A stretch of 64,000 nucleotides of DNA from NCBI RefSeq assembly GCF_032062105.1, contig NW_026925488.1:1-64000 (forward strand), given 5' to 3'. This DNA is from Saccostrea cucullata (Eukaryota). Under the pieces are notes generated by a model. That model was not told the DNA's origin. It searched no databases and was given only the letters and a program-made list of their open reading frames with translations. Of this stretch, positions 1-11,001 are shown one piece after another. A program made the position numbers and the translations under genes. How positions within the stretch are numbered: position 1 is the first letter of the stretch; each line of letters starts with the position of its first letter.

Positions 1-183
1 TCCATATATCTTTGATTTTTACTTTAGAGTTTATCCCTATCATGCAAAATGCCTCAGCCTATCAAGAACTTTTGTTTTATAATGATTAAATATCAAGAAA
101 TGTATTTTTTCATTTTTGAGGGTAAATTCCATGTATAAAAGCAATGAATTAGAGAAAAAAAAAATACTTTTACAAATACTAAC

Positions 184-288
184 CTTGTTGCTTGTGATAT
201 GTTCACTTTCATTCAGCCAACCCTCGAAAGTAGTAGACGCCATACTAACCAGAACAAAGAGACACGTTAAAGAAATTCTGTTTACCAT
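184..288 (-). CDS. First (signal-peptide) exon of a probable paralogue of the 7TM receptor gene at 11002-13437; the gene continues beyond the left window edge
   Basis: ATG at 288 reads MVNRISLTCLFVLVSMASTTFEGWLNESEHITSNK, followed by donor GTTAGT. It is 105 bp, phase 0: same length and phase and similar sequence (M..R.S...LFVL) as exon 1 of the neighbouring receptor gene. Confidence 0.6.
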
Positions 289-937
289 GGCAAAAGTTAA
301 CATCAAAATGCAAAAAAAAAAAAAATACCGACAGTACGTTTTGCTTTCTTGGGACGAAAACTTCAAATTGACCGTCTACTTGATATAGGTCCTTTTTAAA
401 TACGGAGGCGATGCTGTGCACTGTGTCATAAAAACTGCCGTTTTATTTCCATAGCAACATCTATAGTGCAATATCCCTTGAAAAAAAGTGATCTGTAATA
501 AAATATCTTTGTTGTACAAGTAATTATTAGAGTTAATATGAATCAAACGTTTAGAATTTCAAATTACATTGTTCAAAATTTGTCTAATAATGTTCAATAT
601 TAGACGACTTTCACATTTACAAAAGTTATTCCCATTTTCAGGGTCAATTCGTGGTCAAATGGCCTAAGGCACTGTTTTCCCTCTATAACCTTATTAACTT
701 CATGGATCAGTATCTTAAAATTAAAATTTGTATGAATATCTTTATTATTTTTCAAGTTGCCCCAAACTTTAGCAGTACAAGTACAGATCGAAATTGTCTG
801 ATAACGCTTGAAGATTAAAATTATTCATATAAAAGGACAAAGTGGGGAAAATCATTTTCTTTAAAGAAGTAGACAGGCTTTCGCCTACATTACTTCTCTT
901 TTCAGGAAGTCATGTTGCAATCTTGGATAACGTTTAA

Positions 938-1576
938 GGTACTCCGATCCTCAGGTTCTGAAAATCAAGCATTTACTAATTGAAAATGCTCATAAAAATG
1001 TCTCTGAATTTTCAAAGTAACGTATTTTTACCCATAATAATTCTTCAAACTTCATCTTTCAAATTTATCATATTATATAGAGAAAATTAGGAAATCTCAA
1101 ATATATTTTCAGGAATTGCGAATGAAACACCTGTTATGCATTTTCCAATTCAAATTTTGATCAGCTAACACATTTCAAAAATAAAAATCATAGGTATCCA
1201 GGCTTTTGAAGAAATTCCACAATTTTTATACATATAATGTACTTTCTTTCTAATTCAAAGTGTGTAAAGATTCTCCTGTCATTGCAAAGCTCCATAAATC
1301 ACTTCTTATTTCATATCATGTTAATAACCAATGGTATCTATGTTTAGATTAAAATGAACATTGATTTCTTGATATAGGTAATTTTAAAATACTTTTACGG
1401 AGTAAAAATTTCGACGTTTAATTAGACCTGAACTTCAAAGAAACTTGAAACATATTGAGAGGTATATAATAAAAATTGTTGCATGGAAAGATTTAATTTT
1501 CAAGCTTCATTTTGAGACTTTTTGTATTAAATTATAAATTAAAGAGTTGTCCTTCCTGGCTGAGGATCGGAGTCCC
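938..1576. mobile_element. Non-autonomous Kolobok-like DNA transposon (MITE)
   Basis: TIRs GGTACTCCGATCCTCAG (938-954) / CTGAGGATCGGAGTCCC (1560-1576), one mismatch. TTAA on both sides (934-937, 1577-1580). RR termini plus a TTAA target match Kolobok. Confidence 0.75.
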
Positions 1577-2115
1577 TTAATTGAAGAACCGGAGACGGCC
1601 AACACTTCAACTAACATTTCGTCTGAAATATATCTGATTTTTCGCTGCGTAAAAACGTAATATAAATCAAAAGAAATTGCTTCTGTCGCACTGATTAAAT
1701 AGGAAATATCTTTACCCTTTATAAATTAAGACTTTTCTTAGCTATCAAATTAAGACTTTTTCTCTTGATATTTAAAAGCATTTTTTGGAGAAAAAAATTG
1801 AAATATAAAATTAAAGAAAATAACTTGTCTTTCGGTGGTCTTTATCGTTTGAAACCATCGTAAAAGTCAATTCTTCAAGACATGAAAATGATAACAGGCA
1901 TACTATTTCGTTCATTTTGTTGCCCGCTTAAATTGCACATTGTTCGTGAGAAAGGTTACAGATCAATATTTCACAACTTATTACATTGTAATATCAAATT
2001 CTGGCTCATTAAAAATTTCTAATCATTACATGCTATTAAATCTGAAATACATAAAGTACATTAAGTACATTAAGTGTATTTGCTATCTGTGTACTTATTT
2101 TCCTCATCTAAGAAA

Positions 2116-2117
<2 letters not shown>

Positions 2118-2177
<60 letters not shown>
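2118..2177. repeat. (AT)n microsatellite, ~30 units
   Basis: Perfect ATAT run seen directly. Confidence 0.98.
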
Positions 2178-2181
<4 letters not shown>

Positions 2182-4130
2182 AACGCAGGTATATTCTTGT
2201 AAACGAAATTTACGCTGATATTATGGATTAACTTTTTAAATTTTGAAACCCTTTTTTCAAAATTGTTTGGGCGCAAAAAAATAACACGTTTTCCACCTCC
2301 CGATTGTACCCCTTCCATTATTTCCAACTTTTAAAAACAGTTGATTGACAGGGCATCTAATTGTAAACTGATTATCTGAGTTTGCAAGTTTTGAAAACAA
2401 TTATCTGACCACGCATCAAGCGCTTTCTTGTACCGTGTGAATATATAGTCGCTTTGTATACATTCTGACACGAAAAAAATAATAATGATGATGACAATTT
2501 ATATAATAATAAAAAAAGATCCCTCTGCTTAATTAAATGTGCTAAGGGTCTGCCAAGGAACTAAGGTGGACAATTCTCTGACAGACGATGCTGGAATCGA
2601 AATGAAAATGTCCTTTATGTAACCCTAGTGATCTGGCTAGACTACCGCAATAGTTGAAATATAACAAACAATGTACACTGAGTGAGAATTGTCATTTATT
2701 AAATGACAATAAGTATATAACACAAATAAAGTTAAGGGGAGATCACCGAGATATTTCCTGAGTACAAAAAACAATAAATTTGGGAACGGTATCTCCCCTG
2801 TTGCAAAAAACATTTCGTTGTTAGCAAGGGGAATATGTCCATCTCCGCCAAACGATGAACAATTCTGTTCACACGATGAAAAAGAAAGGAATCGGTTTGC
2901 CCAAGCTGAGTCCCACTTGGGCGAAGAACTCTCACAATAGTAGTTGATCTTCTTTTACAGACTTTTGCAATGAATTGATAACATTGTTCATTAATGTCCA
3001 CAAAATCCCAGTTTTTGTCGTTTTTTTCCGAAATATCATCAAAGCTCAATATGTTGATGTTCAGGGCACACGTTCAGAACGTTATCATGTCTGACTCCTC
3101 TGTGGTGTCAATTGCCGAGTTTTGTTGCTGATTGGTGGCAGTGTCGATGTTTGTTGTTTTAGTGTTGGGGACTCGTTGTACCCAGTTTACTTTTTTCTTT
3201 GAAAGGCGAGCAAGCCTATTGTCACAGTTGAATATCTGAGAGGGCTTGGAGCGTCGGTACAACTCCATGTAAACACACCAATCATTAATAATTAAAAAAA
3301 ACTGTAAAGAAAATAAACAGTGCTGAATCGAAGAAACCTTTCAAAAAATGAAATTGTGAACAGTTAAAAAACCCACAAAAACACCAGACATGAGATCCGG
3401 TGGCTAACAGCAGTATGCAACAAAGCATCTTCTCCAAATGACCGCACGGTGAAACACAGTCCATTCTTCTCTAAATTATTTTAACATGATTTTAATGAAA
3501 CTGTTTTTCATAAACTTTTTAAAAAAAATTTTGATAAGAACTAATTCAAAGAAAATGAGAAAATTCTGCTAACATTACATATATATGAAACAGCCTATAA
3601 ATTGATCAGCAAAGCATACAGAATACATTTACAAGCAATTTTGTAAAAAAAAAAAATGATAGCACAAAACTCAAGTAAACTCACTAGATATGTTTCCACC
3701 ACTGATGACTGCTCAATCGCTTTCTCAGGCAATGACGACTGGTCCATCCTCATCTGCATTTTAACCTATTTTTCGGCAATGCAATGCATCACTAAATAAA
3801 AAAAAACACTGGACGTGTTCACGAAACACAAATTTTCAAATGTTACCCAGTTACAAATTTTGAATGACAAATCCATTAAAGTTATTTTTGATAGAGTTAA
3901 ATAGTCATTTTTTGTGGATTCTTTCATTATTCAGCTGTGGTCGATGCGGCAAAACAAAGACTTATCAAGAACGTGAAAAACCTTTAAATTATCATTTCAT
4001 ATGCAATATTTCATGTAAAATGCCAAATTAAAAGTCACAAAATGGCTTAAGAGATATGTAGAGCTGAAATAATGGGCTGTGTTCATGGTTATGTATATCT
4101 AAGTATAATAAAGGTACTTATCCCAAAGTT

Positions 4131-5109
4131 TCAGCACTTAGTAATGCATCCATTGACTGCGGACACAACCCATACTCGCTTTGATAAGGATTGATACAAA
4201 GATTTTATATATGTTGGAGATAGAAAGGTCCAGATTTCTAAAACACTGTCAATTATAGGCCCTGTCTAGTTTTTATTTGAAAAATCCGCCTTTGACGTTT
4301 TATTTTCACAGTACTCGAAACATTTACGACTATGTTTATATCTGGAAATCGTGGGGCTAATTCATGGTGTTGATGGTCTCTCTAGATGTATGAACTGGTG
4401 CATTATCTCCCTGAAAGATGCATGGTCTGTTCTGTTCATATTTGGCAATAACTGGCCAAAGATTTGCATCAAGAATTTCGGTGCACTTCCTGGAGTTTAT
4501 ATTCCCCTATAGGTGTAACTGTGGAAACATTACCATAGGTGAGGACCCCCAAAACATAACAATTGGATGTGGAGTCTGTTGGTCACTTTTAATTCCAAGA
4601 CAGTGTGGTTTCTATATTTCCTCATTTTTTCTCCAAACAAACACTTTTCTGTTTTTTCACAAAACAATTTGAGTTTCATCAAAGAATATAACTCGGGCCC
4701 AATCACGATTTACAGTCCAGTGTAAGAGATCAGTCTTTTCTGTGGTGGTCTTCTTCATTACTCTCCTGTGATACCCATTTTCAAGTAATCTCCTTTGAAC
4801 TGTGGTGTATGTTTATCATACAGATGCGAAATACCTGAAAAAGTCATTCTTCGGTTAACTTTTACAATATCTAAAAGTTTTCTATCTGATCTTTCATTTC
4901 TCTGCTTTTTCTGCCACATTTTGACTTTCTCGCACTTCCTTTTGATAACCTGACATTTTTCCTGGTTTTTATTCCTAGACAAACTGTAAATCTATTAATT
5001 CCAAATATTTCACCTATTTTTTTCCACCACTGATACCTTCACATTTGAGTTTTTGGATCAACTTTATTTTTTTTGGCTCATCTGATAAATCCTTTCCCCT
5101 GGCACCCAT
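4131..5109 (-). pseudogene. Decayed Tc1-like (DD34E-type) transposase
   Basis: Minus-strand frames with stops and frameshifts give MGARGKDLSDE (N-terminal HTH start), RSDRKLLDIVKVNRRMT, WARVIFFDET (first D), CIFQGDNAPVHTS (second D), PRFPDINIVVNV (degenerate SPDLNPIEN) and SKRVWVVSAVNGCITKC* (Tc1 C-terminus). The ~980-bp span fits a Tc1 ORF. Confidence 0.85.
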
Positions 5110-5924
5110 TGTTGTATTCTGCAGACGACTTTATTTGTAAACAAAGACCTACCTCCATTTGATCAGGCAGTAGGTGACAACTGAATTTATACATGGGTAA
5201 AAAAGTACTGGGTCAAGGATATGATATTGAATACTGTTCATTATCTGCATATCCTTGCATTTGTAGGTAAAGGGGATGCTAGAGCTTTCTTAATTTTCTG
5301 TTTAGTTTACCCTAATGGAGAAGGTTTTATTTTAAAATGTATAGGAAATATTTTTTATCTATTTTTTACGTAAGAAAAAAATGTCGCAAATTTTATGTTT
5401 ATTTTTGTTAGTAGTATCATATAGTTTTGTTGACATCATGAACAATTTGGCATAGATGGAACCACAAAGTTGGTTTAAAGTTTTCGATAGAAATATTTAG
5501 GAAAAACTTTAAGACTTTTTTTTTTTATAAAAACCAGGGGACTTAAAGCTTTCTTATGTAGATGAATCCATCTAATCTCAGTAGTTATTTACTGTGATAT
5601 AGACGTCGAAGCTAAAAATAACTAAAATTTAAATGGATTTATATTTATTTGTTTTCGAGAAAAAATCTTAAAGGAGCTTTAAAGATAATTTGAAACATTA
5701 TCTTGCATGCAAAACTGTATCAGTTAAGTTAACCAAAAAAAAAAAAAAAAAAAAATCATAATTATTGTGCATTGAAGATATTTTAAAATACATTACCGTA
5801 TATAACTTTTTGAATCGTTAAAATATTATAAAAATATCCATTTGTATTAAAAATTCAAATTACAAGCCATGTCCGTATAGTCGCGAGTAGACCTCATCAA
5901 AGTCAATAATTGTATAAAAAATAC

Positions 5925-6560
5925 AGTCACTTATCAGAAGACATTCAGTCAACCTTCAGTTAACGTTCAGTCACCTTTCAGTAGACATTCAGTAACCCTT
6001 CATTAGACTTTAAGTCACATTTCATAAGATATTTAGTCACCCTTTAGTAGACTTTCAATTAATATTTAGTTACCATTTCAGTAGACATTCAGTCATCCTT
6101 CAGTAGACTGACAGTCACCTTTAAGTTAACATTTAGTCACCTTTCAGTAGACATTTAGTCACCCTTCAGTTGCCTTTTAGTGACCTTTCAGGAGACATTC
6201 AGTCACCTTTTTGTAGAAATTCATTCAACTTTTAGTAGACATACTGTCACCTTTCAATAGACATTAAGTCACCCTTCAGAACTTTCAGTCACCTTTCAAT
6301 AAACATTAAATCACCCTTCAGATCTTTCAGTTACCTTTCAGTCACCTTTCAGATGACATTCAGTCACCATTCAGTAGACTTTCCATAGACGTTTCCTCAC
6401 CCTTCAATAGAATTTCAGTGATCCTTCAGCACATATTCCATCACCTTTCAGTAGACATTTAGTCATCTTTCAATAGACTTTTAGTCACTTTTCAGTAGAC
6501 TTTCAGTCACCCTTCAGTATACATTCAGTCACATCTTGGTAGAATTTCAGTCAACCTTAA
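5925..6560. repeat. Degenerate 22-bp minisatellite (consensus ~TTCAGTCACCTTTCAGTAGACA, built from two related 11-mers)
   Basis: Recurring CAGTCACC(T/C)TTCAGTAGAC(A/T)TT units over ~630 bp. Confidence 0.9.
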
Positions 6561-7589
6561 GTTTTCTGAATGGCAGAGGTTTTCCCTGGGCCTAAGGTAC
6601 CCTTTGTTTTGGTAAAAACTAATTTTTTCCCATATAGATGCCACAGAATGTTCATATACATGCACATTTTGGCAAAATATTTTGAAATGGGTTTTGATAA
6701 AACCTTAGAGTAGACGAATTAAAGTACAAATGTCAATGCTAGAAGCAGTTAAAATTGCAGTTGGTCACATTAATGATAATTTATGTCATCACTGTTACAC
6801 TTTTGTGAATGATAACTTTAATGGATTGTTAAAAGATGTTAATTAAAAGCCCCGCAAATTTGTACAAAAATACGCAGAAGTATTATTATTGAAGAAATAT
6901 ATTTACTGCAAGTAATAAAAAATGTACATAGCACTCAAATTTATAATGCTACTATGAAATTCTTGACATAGTTAATAATGTAGCATTGCATATATAAGGG
7001 TGTATTGAAAGGAAGAAAACACGTACTTTTTGGGTGAGTATGGTTTTTTTTGAGTAGCATGATTTAAATTCCAAAAACGCAAGGTCTTATTATCAAACAG
7101 AAAATTATCAAAATCTAGCAAGCAGGTCAAAAGGCATTTCATAATTGACCATAAACATACATGTATTTGTCAATTCATAATATATTCACATTATCTTATT
7201 TATAACATGGAAATGAAACCTTGTCAGAATGGATTAAAACAATATGAGCTGCAACTTTGATGTCGGAAATTTTTGTTGCGATATTGTAAATAACTATTTC
7301 AATGACTGAAAAAATAATATTATATATTTTTTGTTGTTCATATTTGCGATGGAAGATCTATTTATAAGCTTTGATTGAATCAAAATTGCATTATTGTCGT
7401 CCCGTACAATAATGGTTTCTTATATAAAACTGTATTTTGGATTGCATATAAAAGTCTTTCTTCTGCTTTATTTTAGTCCAATTGATCATAAAGTTTTAAG
7501 TTACATAAAACTTTATCAAAATAACACCTTTTAACACCAAAATGAAATTATCAACAATGCAGCTCATATTGCTTTAAATGTATCAGATC

Positions 7590-9556
7590 CATGTTAAAGT
7601 CACGTATTAAAAGATTGAGGGGCAATATGAAAACCATCTATCCTTCTGTGTTCAATAAACCAGAAGTGAAAAAGGAATTAGATAGATTACATGATCAGTA
7701 CGTAATGGTTCCTGTCGACAAAGCAGGTAACAACATTATCTTCGTTTGTAAGGCTCATAAAATAAACAGCATTCTAGAAAAACTTGCATTTAATTCTACA
7801 AGTGGTAATCCTACTTAAAATCATACTTCCCTTTCTAAGGATTGATTGATTGATTGTGTATTGTTTAACGTCCCTCTTGAGAATTTTTCACTCATATGAA
7901 GACGTCACCGTATGCCGGCGAAGGACTTCAAATTTAGACCTATACTCGGTACTCAGGCCATTAAGCAGTGAGGGTTCTTTATCCTGTCAGCGCCTACCTT
8001 GACACGGGGCCTACGTTTTTTAAGGTCATATCCGAACGACCCGTGACTTTAACCTCTCGTGCCGAGCGCTTAGCGAAGGAACAGTCACTACCTTTGTTTA
8101 CGTCTTAGGTTTGACGCGGCACCGCAAATGAGAATCGAACCCGGGCCTCCCGATCACGAACCCTTTCTAAGGAAGAAATTCTTCACAATCACGTGTCAGT
8201 TTTGAATACATTTAATATTCCACAGAGCCAAAATGAATTTGAACTACCTTGTATATATATTGGATTCCGAAACTTCATAAGAATACTTACAAACAAAGAT
8301 ACATTGCAGGTTCCAGTAAATGTTCAATTAGGCCTCTTTCGTTACACCTCACTAAGATATTGACAGTAGTGAAGGAAAAATATCAAGAGTACTGTGTAAC
8401 TATATATTCAAGAAGTGGTGTGAATCAGATGTGGAAACTAAAAAATTCTAAAGAACTTTTGGACAATTTGAAATCATAAGACTTTACAGAAATCAACAGC
8501 TTAAAAACTTATGACATATCAACTTTATACAAAAGAATTCCGAACGACAAATTAAAATCCAGGCTTTTTGATATCATTGACAGCTGCTTCTTCACTAAAA
8601 TTGGAACTCGTAAATTTACTTACCTCGTCATTGGTCATTTGCAAAGTTATTTTGTTAAAACAAATTCTGATTGCACACATAAGTACTATGAAGTTGAAGT
8701 CAAGAAGATGCTTGAGTTTCTGATTGACAATATCTATGTGGTTTTTGGAGACCAGGTATTCCAACAATCTATTGGAATTCCCATGGGTACAAATTGCGCT
8801 CCGTTATTAGCAGACTTATTTTAATAGTCATATGAAACAGAATTTATGCAAAATCTTATGCGTGAAAAGAAGCAATCTAATTACAAGTGTAGATTGGAAA
8901 AGAAGAAAACACTTGCTGTGGCCTTCAACTCGACATTAAGATATATCGACGACGTATTGTCAATTATTAGTGGTAATTTCCATTCCTACGTCGATACGGT
9001 ATATCCTGGTGAGCTTGAGATTAAAGATATCACCGAGTCCGACACTTCTGTTTCATACTTAGATATTTTACTTGAAAAAGACATTAATGGTAATCTAACA
9101 ACCAAGCTATATGATAAACGTGATGACTTTTACTTTTTTATCGTCAACTTCCCTTACTTATGCAACAATATACCTTCATCGCCTGCATACGGAGTATATA
9201 TATCTCAGTTGATTCGATACGCAAGAGTATGCTCTACGTATGAACAATTTCTAAAACGAGATGGGTTATTTACAAGCAAGTTGATGAAACAAGTATATCA
9301 GCAGTCTCGATTAAAGTCATCATTTCGTAAGTTCTATGGTCGATACAATGACCTTGTCAGCAAATACAATTTATCATTGAGTCAAATGCTGACTGACGTT
9401 TTTCATACCAATTGTTAGTCCATTATTTATACACTGAATTGACGACGGATTTTTATCCGTTATTTCCTGATCATGACAAGGAGCACACGGCTGGTGTGAC
9501 CGGTCGGCAGGGGATGCTCACTCCTCCATGGCACCTAATCCCACCTCTGATGTTTC
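7590..9556 (+). mobile_element. 5'-truncated, inactivated Penelope-like retroelement (RT)
   Basis: ORF pieces VPVDKAGNN, YWIPKLHK..KQRYIAGSSKCS, QQSIGIPMGTNCAPLLADLF, RYIDDV and YDKRDDF..IVNFP..SSPAYGVYISQLIRYAR. Multiple stops and frameshifts. Ends in the conserved 3' motif GTGTGACCGGTCGGCAGGGGATGCTCACTCC...CCCACCTCTGATG. Confidence 0.88.
7842..8160 (-). mobile_element. tRNA-derived SINE inserted in the Penelope-like element
   Basis: 13-bp TSD CCCTTTCTAAGGA (7829-7841, 8161-8173). Minus strand has a B-box-like GGTTCGATTCTC near its 5' end and a (AATC)n tail. Removing it rejoins the RT frame (...NHTSLSKEEILHNH...). Confidence 0.85.
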
Positions 9557-10033
9557 GGAAGAACTCGTGAAAAGATGACGTTAATGGAGATTCTTGAAAT
9601 TTTTGGTCATCAACTTGAGTCTTTATAAAAATTGTTCATACATGTATGTAGAGCATGCTCTTCCATAATCAACCCCATATGCAGTATTCATGGATACATT
9701 GCAAATATAAGTATGGGAAGTTGCATTTCATTCTTATTTATTGTTCCCTTACTTTTGTCCGTTTGGTATTTGATCTCACGACCTTCTAATCACGACCATT
9801 TTCTAACAACAAATAATTACTTATTTTGCATAGTGATGCACAATTAATTGAATTAAAGAAGCACAATAAAACAGTGAAAATTTTAAGGTTTTATTTAAAA
9901 AGAATTACATGATAAGTATAATTTAATTCACAAAGAGTTACAGAAATGTAAGTGATTGGATAAATGCTATTTATTAGAAAACATTTTACTTCATCGTTTA
10001 CCATCAATATGCTTTAATGTAAAAGTTGAAAAG

Positions 10034-10365
10034 ATGAACAGTGATCTATGTAAAAAAAAATCTATATACATCACAAATATGTTAAAATAGACCTCTGAAA
10101 ATGACTTAATTCCACTTGATATTCTTTTGAATTCGATTTTTAGGGTCAAGATCTAGTAAATGAAAGTTGCCTACAGACTTATCAAATTTGAGAAAATTTA
10201 AAATTCCTTTAATGATGCTTTATAACTTTAGCTTGGTCAAATAAGATGTTTCGGGGCAGTGAACAGTGATCTTTTTATAAAAATCTATATACAACACAAA
10301 TATGTGTAAAATGGATCTCTGAAAATGACTGGACATAACTTAATATTCTTTTGATGTCGATCTTT
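10034..10365. repeat. Diverged ~105-bp direct duplication downstream of the receptor stop codon
   Basis: TGAACAGTGATCT...AAAAATCTATATACA.CACAAATATGT...CTCTGAAAATGACT occurs at ~10034 and ~10260. Confidence 0.7.
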
Positions 10366-11001
10366 AAGTCTTTAACAAATATTCAACATAAAATGAGTTA
10401 TAAAAATTATTATACTATTTGAAATGGATACAGCAAAAAACAGAAATAACTGGTTAAAATCAATCACCCAAAATATTGTCTGTAGTTTGGTCCGCACATA
10501 TTTAAAAGTTTTCAAACAGATGTTTAATGAAATTAAAACCCTCACGTAATGTAAGAAGAAATATAATTCCTGAACTAAAATATAAAATGTACTTGGATAC
10601 TGGTGAAGAAGTCATTCCTATACTAAACAAATAGTTTTCAAGTACATTATTATTTAGATTTATTGATTAATTCAACAAAATAAATAAATCGATTTAAGGA
10701 ATAAAACAAAATTAAAAAAAAAACTTGCACACGTGTCCCTATAAATCTGAACAATAGCAAAATTAAAACAAGTATATGTACCTGTAAAGTCCAATTGATA
10801 CTTTTAATTTTAAAAAGTCAGTCATTTTGAAAAACCAAAGCATCTATCACACTGATGAAAACATTAGAAAATGACACCATTTATTCAGAGAGCAATTAAG
10901 TATTAAAATGAATATCTACTCGTATTTCGTCCAATTAATCCACCTAAAGTTAAACCCCCCCAGAAAAATCAGTACATGCAGAGACAGCTATAATAATTAT
11001 T

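Noticed and set aside
1940-2327. ORFs with IYIYIY runs
   Set aside because: Translation of the (AT)n microsatellite.
2732-3268. Two same-frame minus-strand ORFs separated by a single TGA (possible selenoprotein or read-through)
   Set aside because: No recognisable domain, redox motif or SECIS; cannot be supported without a homology search.
8125-8160. tRNA gene (B-box GGTTCGATTC on the minus strand)
   Set aside because: It is the truncated head of a SINE; there is no full cloverleaf.
9419-9480. SECIS element downstream of the Penelope-like RT
   Set aside because: The hairpin ACGGAT-TTTT-ATCCGT has no apical AA and no correctly spaced UGAN/NGAN quartet.
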